64,000 nucleotides of DNA from Squalus acanthias. Lineage: Eukaryota. Shown piece by piece: positions 1 to 10,442 of this stretch. The stretch is from contig CM059425.1 of assembly GCA_030390025.1 (NCBI GenBank), positions 163,372,001-163,436,000 on the forward strand, written 5' to 3'. Under the pieces are notes generated by a model. The model did no database searches, had not been told where the DNA came from, and worked only from the letters and a program-made list of their open reading frames with translations. Positions within the stretch are counted from its first letter, which is position 1, and every line of letters begins with the position of its first letter. The position numbers were made by a program, and so were the translations under genes.

Positions 1-371
1 AGGGGTAAAAATTCAGTTGGTTGCGCCTCCCGTTAGCGCCTTAAATGGGCGCTAATGGGGCGTTAAGGCGCTAACGCCCGGGCGCAGCGCTGTTTGCGCT
101 GCTCGAGAACTTAACTTGAGATTGTGCGGCGGCGCTAAAACTTACCGCTGCGACCACCTGCGCGCGCAGATTGTGACGTCAGTCCGTGGTGCAACGCCCT
201 TGGGGCGCCCCGGAGCGGAAATTGAGTGGCGCCCCCTGCCTTACCGCCTGGCGCTTCCAACGACCGGAAGACTGGAACGTTATCAATCGGTCTGGGGCTG
301 GGGGGGGCGCTATTTAAAGGGGGCCTCTTCCTGTCTTTTTCTGTGGTCGACATTTATGCACCACTCGTTCT

Positions 372-411
372 GAGAGAGAGAGAGAGAGATTCGGAGAGAG
401 AGAGAGAGAGA
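372..411. repeat. Interrupted (GA)n microsatellite upstream of the transposase ORF
   Basis: GA tracts split by TTCG. An equivalent tract sits at ~51000-51035 in the second copy. Confidence 0.85.
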
Positions 412-515
412 CTTCTACATTGACTCAACGCTTTGTGAGGTAGTTTTGCCTAGTTCATCCTAACTTTGCTGCTACTTTCGTTGCTGTACCTCATTACTTT
501 TCTGGCAAAGAGAAG

Positions 516-1676
516 ATGGGGGCTGCAATGATTGGGGGCGTCGTCCTGCTCCAGCTCAATCGGAGGAGAGTGAGACGCAGACAGAGAGTGGCAATGATGG
601 CCAGACGGAGGAGGCCCATCAGGCGCATGTACAGGAGAGCTTACCCTCCCAGGGTATATCGTGAACAGCTCTCCTACATCCACATGTCCGAGGAGCTGTG
701 TTTGCGAAGGCTGCGATTCAGCAAGGAGGTGGTCACTGAGCTCTGCCACCTGCTGCAGCCAGATCTGCAGCCTCAGCTGAGGTCCAGGACGTCTCTGTCG
801 GTGGCAGTGAAGGTCACAGTGGCCTTGAACTTCTACGCCACTGGCTCATTCCAAGCTGCTGTTGGGGACCTCGCCAATATCTCCCAGTTTGCGGTGCATC
901 GCTGCATCCGGCAGGTCACCAATGCCCTCTTCACAAGGAGACGAGACTTCATCTCCTTCCCTATGACCCCAGACAAGCAGCATGACCGTGCTATGGGCTT
1001 TGCGAGGGTAGCGGGCTTCCCCATGGTGCAGGGCGCCATTGACTGCACGCATGTGGCTTTGCGTGCTCCGCGAGAGAATGCAGAGGAGTTCCGGAACAGA
1101 AAGGGGTTCCATTCCTTGAATGTGCAGTTGGTCTGTGACCACAGACAGGTGATTCTCGCTGTCAATGCCCACTATCCGGGCAGCTGCCACGATGCTTTCA
1201 TCCTGCGCCAGAGTACTGTGGCAGAAATTTTCGAGGCACCGCATCAGCCAGTTGGTTGGCTTCTGGGGGACAAGGGGTACGCATTGAGCACCTGGCTGAT
1301 GACACCGCTCCGTGCGCCAAACACCCCTGCTGAGCTGCGGTACCAGGAAAGCCAACAAGCAACGAGGAACATTATTGAGCGCACAATCGGCGTGCTCAAA
1401 CAACGATTCCGCTGTCTGGACCATTCCGGAGGAGCCCTGCAGTACTCGCCTGAGCAAGTTTCGAACTTCGTAGTGGTGTGCTGCATGTTGCACAACATGG
1501 CAATCCTCAGGACGCAGCCAATGCCACCAGGCCTTGCAGCACCACCAGAGGAGGAGGAGGAAGAGGAGGAACAGGCCGAGGACGATGATCAGCAGCAGCA
1601 CCAAGGCAGGAGGGCGGCCCACAATGGTCAAACTGCAAGGGCCGTCCGTCAACGACTAATAGCAAGCCGCTTCTAG
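516..1676 (+). CDS. Harbinger (HARBI1-like) DDE transposase, 386 aa, uninterrupted
   Basis: Motifs VALNFYATGSFQ, GAIDCTH (D), HSLNVQLVCD, LLGDKGY (D), RNIIERTIGVLKQRFRCL (E), CCMLHN and an acidic tail. Confidence 0.95.
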   Translation: MGAAMIGGVVLLQLNRRRVRRRQRVAMMARRRRPIRRMYRRAYPPRVYREQLSYIHMSEELCLRRLRFSKEVVTELCHLLQPDLQPQLRSRTSLSVAVKVTVALNFYATGSFQAAVGDLANISQFAVHRCIRQVTNALFTRRRDFISFPMTPDKQHDRAMGFARVAGFPMVQGAIDCTHVALRAPRENAEEFRNRKGFHSLNVQLVCDHRQVILAVNAHYPGSCHDAFILRQSTVAEIFEAPHQPVGWLLGDKGYALSTWLMTPLRAPNTPAELRYQESQQATRNIIERTIGVLKQRFRCLDHSGGALQYSPEQVSNFVVVCCMLHNMAILRTQPMPPGLAAPPEEEEEEEEQAEDDDQQQHQGRRAAHNGQTARAVRQRLIASRF

Positions 1677-1970
1677 GGCCCCTGCCAGTGCTACAAACAC
1701 GAATCAACCCAGCACGCAACCCCTAAGCCGGCCAAGGCACCAATAATTCCAACCACCAGCCATGTATATTTTGAATACAGAAACTTATTTATTGTACAAA
1801 CTCTGTGTGTGTCAATTCCTCATGACAAACTCATAGAAATAAACACAAAAAAACAGTCAATAACATAACTGGTTCTCACAACCTGGAGATAATGTCCAAA
1901 ACACTAAACAAAAGTTGGGCCATGAACCTCGGCCTTTAATAAAAAAATGACCAGCATTTTGGCACACCTC

Positions 1971-4041
1971 CTACTTTTTGCCCTTCGAGGGTGATCTCCT
2001 TCCCTTGCGCACTTCCCCCCTTCTAACCCTACTGCTCCTCCGTAATGGGACCTCAGTGGCTGCAGCAAGGCTGGTGGAAGGCTGCTGCTTGTCAGACCCT
2101 GACACTGCAGATGCCCCTGAAGGACGGCCTCGACCACTTCTGGGCCTGGAGGGCCCGGCTGCAGACTGCACCAACTCTGCATGGGCGGCAGCAGTCTGTC
2201 CTACAGGCGGTGGCAAGTGCAGTGGAGAAGTGACAGTGTTGGCAGCAGGAATGCTGTCATCGTGAGAGAGGACAGCAACTCCCTGCTCGCCCGACACACT
2301 GGCACTCCCACGGGGCAGCACTTCAGCATCCGGAGCAATTTGCCTGAGAACAGATTGCTGGCCTGCTGCGGCGCGGTGACAGCCCCGGGGACATGTGCAC
2401 GAACCATCGAGGATGGCAGCAGTCAGTGCTCGCGTGGCCTCAATCTGAGTCTGCATGAGAGCAGGCTCAGATGGGTTCCTGGCAGCCAGTGACTGAATTG
2501 CAGCAGTAAGCTTTAGTGTGGCATCCGCCTGTGCTACAGCAAAGTGCTCCACACTCCTTGCCAGTGCCTCAATGCATTCGGGCACCCTTCCCACTGCACC
2601 CATGAGCTCAGTGTGCATGACCACCGCCTGGCTGTTCATTTCTGCAATCAGCCGCTCCTCCTCTGCGTCCATTGCATTAGGAGTGTCTGGCATACTCTCC
2701 CTCTGGGGAGAAGGCTCCCGTTCTTCCCTCCCCCCCCCATGGCGTTGCTGCTGCCCGCTGGGTCCTGGAACTTCACCATCATCAGCCCCTTCCCCCCTGC
2801 TCCCCCGTTCTTCCCTCCCCCCCCCATGGCGTTGCTGCAGCCCGCTGGGTCCTGGAACTTCACCATCATCAGCCCCTTCCCCCCTGCTCCCCTCCGGGGA
2901 AGGCGTGTTCCCAGTGTGGCCATGGGCTTCCTCGGGAGAGGGTGGCACTGATGCTCCGGCTTCCTCTTCCTCCTCAGCTGCAGCATCACTCCCAGTGGCA
3001 GCTTCAGGGACCATCTCCTCAGCTGGTGAATCACCATCTGAAAGCAGGGAGGTACAAGAGTGGCTTTAGCGTGAGGACAGGGTGGCAGTAAGGGAGGAAT
3101 AAGTGCAGCGAGTTAGCAAGTTGGATTGAAAGTGTCAAAGGCTGGTATTGTGAGGGACAAGTGGAAGGACAGAGGACAAAAAGGTGATGACCTTACCATT
3201 GCTGTCCACAACGGGGTCGGCGTCTCCAGTGGCGACGGGACCGATCACCCGGCTTGCCACAATCCTGTGGACGCGCTCCTCCAGATCGCTGAGGGGTTGC
3301 AGCTGAAGCCGCCCTCCACCCGTCCGTTGCTGCTGTCTCCGATTATGAGCCAGCTTAGCCTGCAAGAAAAAGGACAGCATCTGAGTCAATATACAGCCAT
3401 GGTCTTGCCTGATGTGCCTCCCATAGGTGAATAGCCCTTACAATATGCAGCCATGGTCTTGCCTGATGTGCCTCCCATAGGTGAATAGCCCTTACAATAT
3501 GCAGCCATGGTCTTGCCTGATGTGCCTCCCATAGGTGAATAGCCCTTACTGTATGCAGCCATGGTCTTGCCTGATGTGCCTCCCATAGGTGAAAGCCCTT
3601 ACTGTATGCAGCCATGGTCTTGCCTGATGTGCCTCCCATAGGTGAATAGCCCTTACTGTATGCAAAGTGTGGAATGTGTGTGTGTGTTTGATGAAAGGGC
3701 CATAGGTGTTGCATGAGTGTTGTGCATTGGGGTTTTAAGACCCTCTGGCCATAGAGTGAGGTTGAGATGGAGGGATGGAGAGGTATTGAGAAAAAGCCAC
3801 TCACCCTGACGACCCGAGTGAGGTCGTTGAACTTTTTGCGGCACTGGACATGGGTCCTGGGCACCATGCTCCTGGAGGAGACGCTCTGAGCCACCTCCCT
3901 CCACACTCTTCTGAACTCGCGTGGCAAAGGCCTCCTGCCACTCTCAGGGAACAGCATGCATCGTCTGCGCTCCACTGCGTCAACCAGAGCATCCAAGGCC
4001 CGCTCGGTGAAGCGATGAGCGCGTTCTCTCACCCTCTCCAT
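1971..4041 (-). CDS. Harbinger Myb/SANT-like DNA-binding protein; 3 exons (4041-3805, 3359-3197, 3037-1971), ~488 aa
   Basis: Exon 1 encodes FTERALDALVDAV...WREVAQSVS...RTHVQCRKKFNDL. Splice sites AGG|GTGAGT, TTGCAG|GCT, ATG|GTAAGG and TTTCAG|ATG join the exons in frame (237+163+1067=1467 nt). Basic NLS-like C-terminus. Confidence 0.85.
2717..2892. repeat. In-frame 87-bp tandem duplication in Myb-gene exon 3
   Basis: GGTCCTGGAACTT occurs at 2761 and 2848; the 29-aa repeat is GSRGEGADDGEVPGPSG(L/Q)QQRHGGGREER. Confidence 0.9.
3391..3664. repeat. 54-bp minisatellite (~5 copies) in intron 1 of the Harbinger Myb gene
   Basis: Unit GCCATGGTCTTGCCTGATGTGCCTCCCATAGGTGAATAGCCCTTAC(A/T)(A/G)TATGCA. 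About 2 copies occur at 53150-53265. Confidence 0.92.
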
Positions 4042-4398
4042 GCTTGGCAGCAAAATGGATTACAGGTCTCTCCAGGCTGAGATTCAAGGCTGCAATGAGC
4101 AGGGTGTGGCTGGGGAGCAAGTGGCCCCCCCCGCTTTAAGAAGTGTCCGGCGCCAGTGTGTCTGTGTTCCCTCGCTAACTGGCAGCAGCTGCGCTGCGCT
4201 CGTGCGCTGAGTTAGCGCCTCACTCCTAGGCCTTTGCGCCTTAAGAGAGGTGTGCAGCGCCTAATTTAGCGCTCCACTCACCTCCCGGGGCGGTAAAAGT
4301 GAAGTTTCCTGTCAGTGCCGATAATTAGCGCCAGGCGCTAATATTTGCGCGCGGACGATATTTGCGCCCCAAATGGGGCGCGACCTAATTTCTACCCC

Positions 4399-5905
4399 AA
4401 AGCCTTCAGGCTTGTTTTTTTAACACTCTTAGACCTTTTAGAATTATTATTTACTGTGGCCATGTTTGATTTACACCCTTGATTTATCTGACTGCCACTT
4501 TTGCTTTTCTCCTTCCTGTCTTTTGCTTCTATCCTTGCTTCCCTTTCCTCTGTCTCCCTGCACAGGTTCCCAACCCCCTGCCATTTTAGTTTAAACCCTC
4601 CCCAACAGCACTAGCAAACACTCCCCCTAAGACATCGGTCCTGGTCCTGCCCAGGTGCAAACCGTCCAGTTTGTACTGGTCCCACCTCCCCCAGAACCGG
4701 TTCCAATGTCCCAGGAATTTGAATCCCTCCCCCTTGCACCATTCCTCTAGCCATGTATTCATCTGAAATATCCTTCTATTTCTACTCTGACTGGCATGTG
4801 GCACTGGTAGCAAGCCTGAGATTACTACCTTTGAGGTCCTATTTTTTAATTTACCTCCTAACTCTCCATATTCAGCTTTTAGGACCTCATCCCGCTTTTT
4901 ACCTATATCGTTGGTACCTATATGCACCACGACAACTGGCTGTTCACCCTCCTCCTCCAGAATGCCCTGCAGCCGCTCAGCGACGTCCTTGACCCTTGCA
5001 CCAGGGAGGCAACTTACCATCCTGGAGTCACGTTTGCGGCCGCAGAAACGCCTATCTATTCCCCTTACAATAGAATCCCCTATCACTATAGCTCTCCCGC
5101 TCTTTTTCCTCCCAAAGTGTGCAGCAGAACCACCCATGGTGCCAGGAAGTTGGCTGCTGCTGCCTTCCCCCGATAAGCCATCTCCCTCAACAATATCCAA
5201 AGCGGTATATCTGTTTGAGAGGGGGATGTCCACAGGGGACCCCTGCACTACCTGCCTGTGCTTACTACTCTGCCTGGCGGTCACCCATTCCCTTCCTGCC
5301 TGTGCAGCCTTTACCTGCGGTGTGACCAACTGATCAAACGTGCTATCCACGACGTCCTCAGCATCGCGAATGCTCCAGTATGTATCTATCCGCAGCTCCA
5401 GCGCCGCAATGCGGTCTGCCAGTAGCTGCAGCTGGATACACTTCCCGCACACATTGTCGTCAGGGACACAGGAAGTGTCCCTGATTTCCCACATAGTGCA
5501 GGAGGAGCATGCCACGGGGCCGAGCTGTGCTGCCATGACTTACCCTTTAATTCATTCAAATTAAATTAATTCAAATCAATACCACTAATTACACTACAAT
5601 TAAATGATATACTCAAGGGCCCTTGTTTAATAGCAGTCCCCGCTACACAACAGAGACCTTAGAAACTATAACCACAAAAATTAAGACCTTCTAAACTTTA
5701 TAAACTATTAACCTTAACTGTCAAACTATAGAGTAGTATAAGTACTCACCTGGCCGTACTCACCCAATCAGCTGCTTCCTCTTGCCCGCGTCACTTTCAA
5801 TCGTGACGTGGCTCTGGAACACCGCTTGGAACAGCTTGTCGGCTACATTCAAATGAGTCCCAAACCTGAAAATCTTCCCGATGCCAGCTTCCAGTGGCCA
5901 GCGTG
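4399..5905 (-). mobile_element. CR1 LINE 5' portion (copy A): 5' UTR, ORF1 and start of ORF2, interrupted by the Harbinger
   Basis: Closely similar to 40035-41400. The ORF2 frame reads ...KKTSLKAL up to the insertion point. Confidence 0.9.
4586..5536 (-). CDS. CR1 ORF1p: N-terminal Cys zinc-finger/leucine zipper plus SGNH esterase domain
   Basis: CSSC...CGKC, IGDSIVRG, LPGARVKD, HIGTND, DGLHL; 316 aa, uninterrupted. Confidence 0.9.
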   Translation of the reverse strand: MAAQLGPVACSSCTMWEIRDTSCVPDDNVCGKCIQLQLLADRIAALELRIDTYWSIRDAEDVVDSTFDQLVTPQVKAAQAGREWVTARQSSKHRQVVQGSPVDIPLSNRYTALDIVEGDGLSGEGSSSQLPGTMGGSAAHFGRKKSGRAIVIGDSIVRGIDRRFCGRKRDSRMVSCLPGARVKDVAERLQGILEEEGEQPVVVVHIGTNDIGKKRDEVLKAEYGELGGKLKNRTSKVVISGLLPVPHASQSRNRRIFQMNTWLEEWCKGEGFKFLGHWNRFWGRWDQYKLDGLHLGRTRTDVLGGVFASAVGEGLN

Positions 5906-6955
5906 ACTGCTCCTGTATAGACTAACTGGCCTATAATTCTCTGTATTCTCTTTCCCTCCTTTCTTGAATAGCTAGGGTCATTTTTGCTACCTTCCAAACC
6001 ACGGGACCATTCTAGAATCTAGGGGATATTATAATGATTGGGTTACTTGGCCACATCCAAACCCGCCTCCGGTAAAACCAGAAGTGAGGACATTGGAGGT
6101 GGGTTGGGTAGGGTTTTCCAGTTTTTGATATTTTAACCTACCCACTTGCCGCTAACTGGGGGCGCGGTGTTACTTTGCGCCTGTTATGGCAGCAGTTCAA
6201 AATCTCCCCCCCATTAATCTCCGTTTCATGGGCTTTAAAAATGTGTATCTCCATCTCACAGGTGTAAGTCATCAACATTGACCTTTCCTGTCAACAAAAC
6301 AGGTGGATAATTAGTTGGCTCAAAATTCAATTGGAAAATTGAAGTGGCATTAAATGAAAAAAGCTCTCTCTCTCACATACACAGCTTTTTTTAAAAAAAA
6401 TTGTTAAACATAAATTTTGACTCATCTACAAGACCCTCAATGGGGGAATTGTAACACCCCCTCATTGGGAAAATGCTGGAATCCATTATTAAGGGAATAG
6501 TAGCAGGACATTTAGAAAATCATAATTCAATCAAGCAGAGTCAACATGGTTTTATGAAAGGGAAATCGTGTTTGACAAATTTATTAGAGTTCTTTGAGGA
6601 TGTAATGAGCAGGGTAGATAAAGGGGAACCAGTAGATGTAGTGTATTTGTATTTCCAAAAGGCATTCGATAAGGTACCACATAAAAAGTTACTGCACAAG
6701 ATAAGAGCTCATGGTTTTGGGGGTAATATATTAGCATGGATAAAGGATTGGCTAACTAACAGAAAACAGTCGGGAAAATGGGTCATTTTCAGGTTGGGAA
6801 ACTGTAGCTAACAGGGAGCCACAGGGATCAGTGCTGGGGCCTCAACTATTTACAATCTATATTAATGACTTGGATGAAGCGACCGAGTGTACTGTAGCCA
6901 AATCTGCTGACGATACAAAGATAGGTGGGAAAGCAAGTTGTGAGGAGGACACAAA

Positions 6956-7831
6956 GGCTGGAATTTTGCCGGCGCTCAGGGGGCGGGTTTGGAGGCGGGA
7001 CATCCGGCAAAATCGCAAAGATTGACAGCAGGTCAGAAACCCACTGTCAAGCCGCCTCCAAACAATCTTCCCAGGTGTCGGGTCCCTGATTTGCGAATGG
7101 ACCTGACACCTAGCAGCGGGAAGGGGATTATAGGCACTTAACTGCTTGTTAACAGGTTGTTAACAGGCAGTTAAGAGACTTTTTGCAATTTTGACAGGTC
7201 TACTGCAGGTTTCCCGATGTACAGACACCACACCAGGTAAGTGTGGCGTGCTGTGGGTCTACTGTAATGTTTCTGCATTGATGACAGCTACAGAAGTGGT
7301 GTGAAGGATCCAATGGTGCATTGGTGAGTTTCAGAGGTAAGAAAATGTTGAGAAAATCGTTTTTAATGCATTTACACTCTTCTGTAGGTGACAAGTTTTG
7401 GATTGTGTGTGTAGTCCCACCTCATTGAGAGAACCTCTCTCACCAGTGACAGATCACTTCTGTAACCTCACCTGCAGCTGCCATCTGTTCTAGCCTAAGG
7501 AGGAAGTCACTGGAGAGCCTGGGAGCAAGGGCTCACCTTTGTACAGTGATTGTCAGTGTTTGCAGCACCTCAATGCTGTCAAACACTGAAAAATCAGCTG
7601 TCAAAAAAATTGTGCGTGGCCCCTTTAAGAAAACCGGCAGATGACGCGTCATCAACTGACGTCATCTGACACCGGCTTCCTCTTAATTGGCCGGCAAGCC
7701 CGCAGGGCGGGCTTAACAAGGCCAATTGACACAAAATCGCATCTGTGCGTCTGATGTCGTTGGGGGCGGGACTGGAACATGGAAGGCAACTGTCCCGTCC
7801 CCAAGCCGCATCGATAGGAAAAACCGCGGCC
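6956..7831. mobile_element. Harbinger-type MITE
   Basis: Imperfect TIRs GGCTGGAATTTTGCC / GGAAAAACCGCGGCC with an AAA TSD. Removing it restores the CR1 frame EDTK|SLQRD. Confidence 0.8.
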
Positions 7832-8248
7832 AAAGAGTCTGCAAAGGGATATAGATAGGTTAAGTGAGTGGGCAAAAATTTGGCAGATGGAGTATAATGT
7901 GGGAAAATGTGACGTTATCCACTTTGGTAGGAAGAATAGAAAAGCAAAATATTATTTAAATGGAGAGAGACTACAGAATCCTGTGGTACAGAAGGATCTG
8001 GGTGTCCTCGTACATGAAACACAAAAAGTTAACATGCAGGTACAGCAAGTAATTAGGAAGGTAAATAGAATGTTGGCCTTTATTGCTAGGGGGGTGGAGT
8101 ATAAAAGTAGGGAAGTCTTGCTAGAGCTGTACAGGGCGTTGGTGAGACCACACCTGGAGTACTGCGTACAGTTTTGGTCACCTTATTTAAGGAGGGATAT
8201 ACTTGCATTGGAGGGCGTTCAGCGAAGGTTCATAGTCATAGAGACATG

Positions 8249-9092
8249 GGGCTCGATTTTCCAAGCCCCGTGGAGGCGGGTTTGGAGGCGGGAGTGGTGG
8301 GAAAATTGCAGATTCGGGGGGCATGTACCCATCCCGCCCCCAACCCGCCTCCATGCCAATGTCCCAGGAGGCAGGTACCCGACCTGTGCTGGGAGCTGCC
8401 TCCCCGAGGCGGGACGGGGATTAGTGCCAATTAACTGCCTGTTAACAGGTAGTTAACAGGCAGTTTTTTGGCTAATCCCTATTTTTATCCCTGAAGTGTG
8501 GGCTGCCCGACGGCTCCAAACCACGCCAAGTGAGCGAGGCGGACCGTCGGTCTGCAGGGCTTGGAGGGGTCAAGATGTCCGGTGTACAGGTGAGTGATGG
8601 GTGCATGAGTGCAGAGGTAAGTGTGTTTGGTGTGTATAAAGTGTTTTAATAAGTTTTACTTACCTTTACTTTCTCCTCCAGGCTTCCTCCCTTCAGTTCT
8701 CGGGAGTCCCTCAGCTCACCGGCACAGAAAGCAGAATGGCCGCTGAGCTGTCAAAAGCTGCAGCCTCTGCTTTCTGGTCTGGAGAGCTCTCTAACTGAGT
8801 CTGAGTAGAAGGACTCAAATTAGAAGACAGATTGTCACTGTTTGACAGCTTCACAGAGCTGTCAAACGCTGATATTTCATCTGTCAAAAGCTCTTGACAG
8901 ATGAAATGTCAATCGCTGACATCACCAGTATCCAGGTGCCCCTTAATTGGTCTGCTGAGCCCGCTGGGCGGGCTTAACAAGGTCAATCAAGGGTAAGTAG
9001 CGTGCGTTGGCCACAAATCGATGGAGGCGGGACTACAACCCAAAAAGTGGGAGTCCCGCCTCCATCACGTCCCCATTGACAAAATCGAGCCC
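8249..9092. mobile_element. Harbinger-type MITE related to 6956-7831
   Basis: Perfect 12-bp TIR GGGCTCGATTTT / AAAATCGAGCCC with an ATG TSD. Shares internal motifs (GCGGGTTTGGAGGCGGG, GGCGGGCTTAACAAGG) with the previous MITE. Confidence 0.88.
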
Positions 9093-9445
9093 ATGGAGTC
9101 ATAACGGCACAGAAGGAAGCCATTCGGCCCATCGAGTCCGTGCCAGCTCTCTGTAGAGCAATCCTGTCAGTCCCATTCTCCTGCTCTATCCCCATAGCCC
9201 TGCAAGTTTATTTCCCTCAAGTGCCTATCCAGTCTCCCCTTGAAATAATTGAGTGTCTCCGCTTCCACCACTTCCGTCGGCAGCGAATTCCAGGTCATCA
9301 CCACAAGCTGCGTAAAAAAGTTTTTCCTCACCTCCCCCCTGTATCTTTTGCCCAAAACCTTAAATCTGTGTCCCCTAGTCCTTGTACCATCAACTAGTGG
9401 GAACAGCCTTTCCCCATCTAGCCTATCCAATCCCATCATAATCTT

Positions 9446-9609
9446 CATGATGCAGAGATGCCAGTGTTGGACTGGGGTGGACAAAAATGAGAAGTCGCAC
9501 AACAACAGGTTATAGTCCAACAGTTTTATTTGAAATTACGAGCTTGAAAGCTCGTAATTTCAAATAAAACTGTTGGACTATAACCTGGTGTTGTGCGACT
9601 TCTCATTTT
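9446..9609. mobile_element. Miniature Penelope-like insertion (3' tail plus inverted copy), 12-bp TSD
   Basis: ~62-bp inverted arms (9484-9545 / 9548-9609), homologous to the ends of the Penelope at 34547-36231. TSD CATCATAATCTT at 9434-9445 and 9610-9621. Confidence 0.85.
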
Positions 9610-10442
9610 CATCATAATCTTGTACATCTCTATCAAATCACCCCTCAACTTCCTTTGCTCTAATGAAAACAAATCCAGCTTCTCCAACCTGTCCTTGTAG
9701 CTAAGATACCCCATCCCTGGAACCATTCTGGTAAATCTCCTCTGCACCCTCTCAAGTGCCTTCACATCCTTCCTAAAGTGTGGTGACCAGAACTGGATGC
9801 AATACTCCAGTTGTAGCCTAACCAGCGCTTTATAAAGGTTCAGCGTAACTTCTCTACTTTTGTACTCAATACCTCTATTTATGAAGCCCAAGATCCCATA
9901 TGCTTTGTTAAACACACTCTCAATATGTCCTGCCACATTCAGGGACCTATGCGCATTAACTCCCAGGTCCCTCTGTCCCTGCACACTCTTTAAAACTGTG
10001 CCATTAAGTGTATATTGCCTCTCCTTGTTCCTTCTGCCAAAAAGCATCACCTCACACTTCTCTGTATTAAATTCCATCTGCCACTTGTCTGCCCATTCTG
10101 CTAGCCTTTCTATGTGCTGTTGCAGTCAATTGGTATCATCATCACTGTTTGCCACACCCTCAAGTTTGGTGTCATCGGCAAATTTAGAAATTCTACTCTG
10201 TATTCCAATATCCAGGTCATTTATATATATCAATAAAAGCAGTGACCCCAGCACTGACCCTTGGGTAACACCACTGTCTACCATCCTCCAGTCTGAAAAA
10301 CAGCCATTTACCACAACTCGCTGTTTTCTGTCCTTAAGCCAATTCCTTATACATAGATACATAGAAGATAGGAGCAGGAGTAGGCCATCCGGCCCTTCGA
10401 GCCTGCTCCGCCATTTAATGAGATCATGGCTGATCCTCCAAT

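Larger units (their letters stand above)
2..4398. mobile_element. Full-length PIF/Harbinger DNA transposon, apparently intact (two convergent genes)
   Basis: TIRs GGGGTAAAAATT (2-13) and AATTTCTACCCC (4387-4398). DDE transposase on +, Myb/SANT gene on -. The right flank AAAGCCTTCAGG resumes a CR1 ORF2 (cf. 40035), implying an AAA TSD; only the last A of the left copy is in the window. Confidence 0.93.

Noticed and set aside
846..1652. 268-aa antisense ORF and similar long shadow ORFs (2518-3069, 9860-10480, 40550-41134, 51049-51735)
   Set aside because: They are opposite-strand shadows of transposon coding sequence with no recognisable motifs.
516..1676. Domesticated host gene HARBI1
   Set aside because: It lies between TIRs with a partner Myb gene, is inserted in a LINE, and has several decayed relatives in the same window.
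3355..4053. 232-aa protein with a WEAHQARPWLH repeat domain
   Set aside because: It is read-through of Myb exon 1 into intron 1; the repeats are the 54-bp minisatellite.
4586..5536. Cellular or horizontally acquired SGNH/GDSL esterase gene
   Set aside because: Esterase-bearing ORF1 is an established feature of CR1-group LINEs, and here it always sits directly upstream of APE-RT.
10345..10360. Target-site duplication for CR1 copy B
   Set aside because: The flanks (CCTTAT | AAGCTGCC) show no duplication, so none is claimed.
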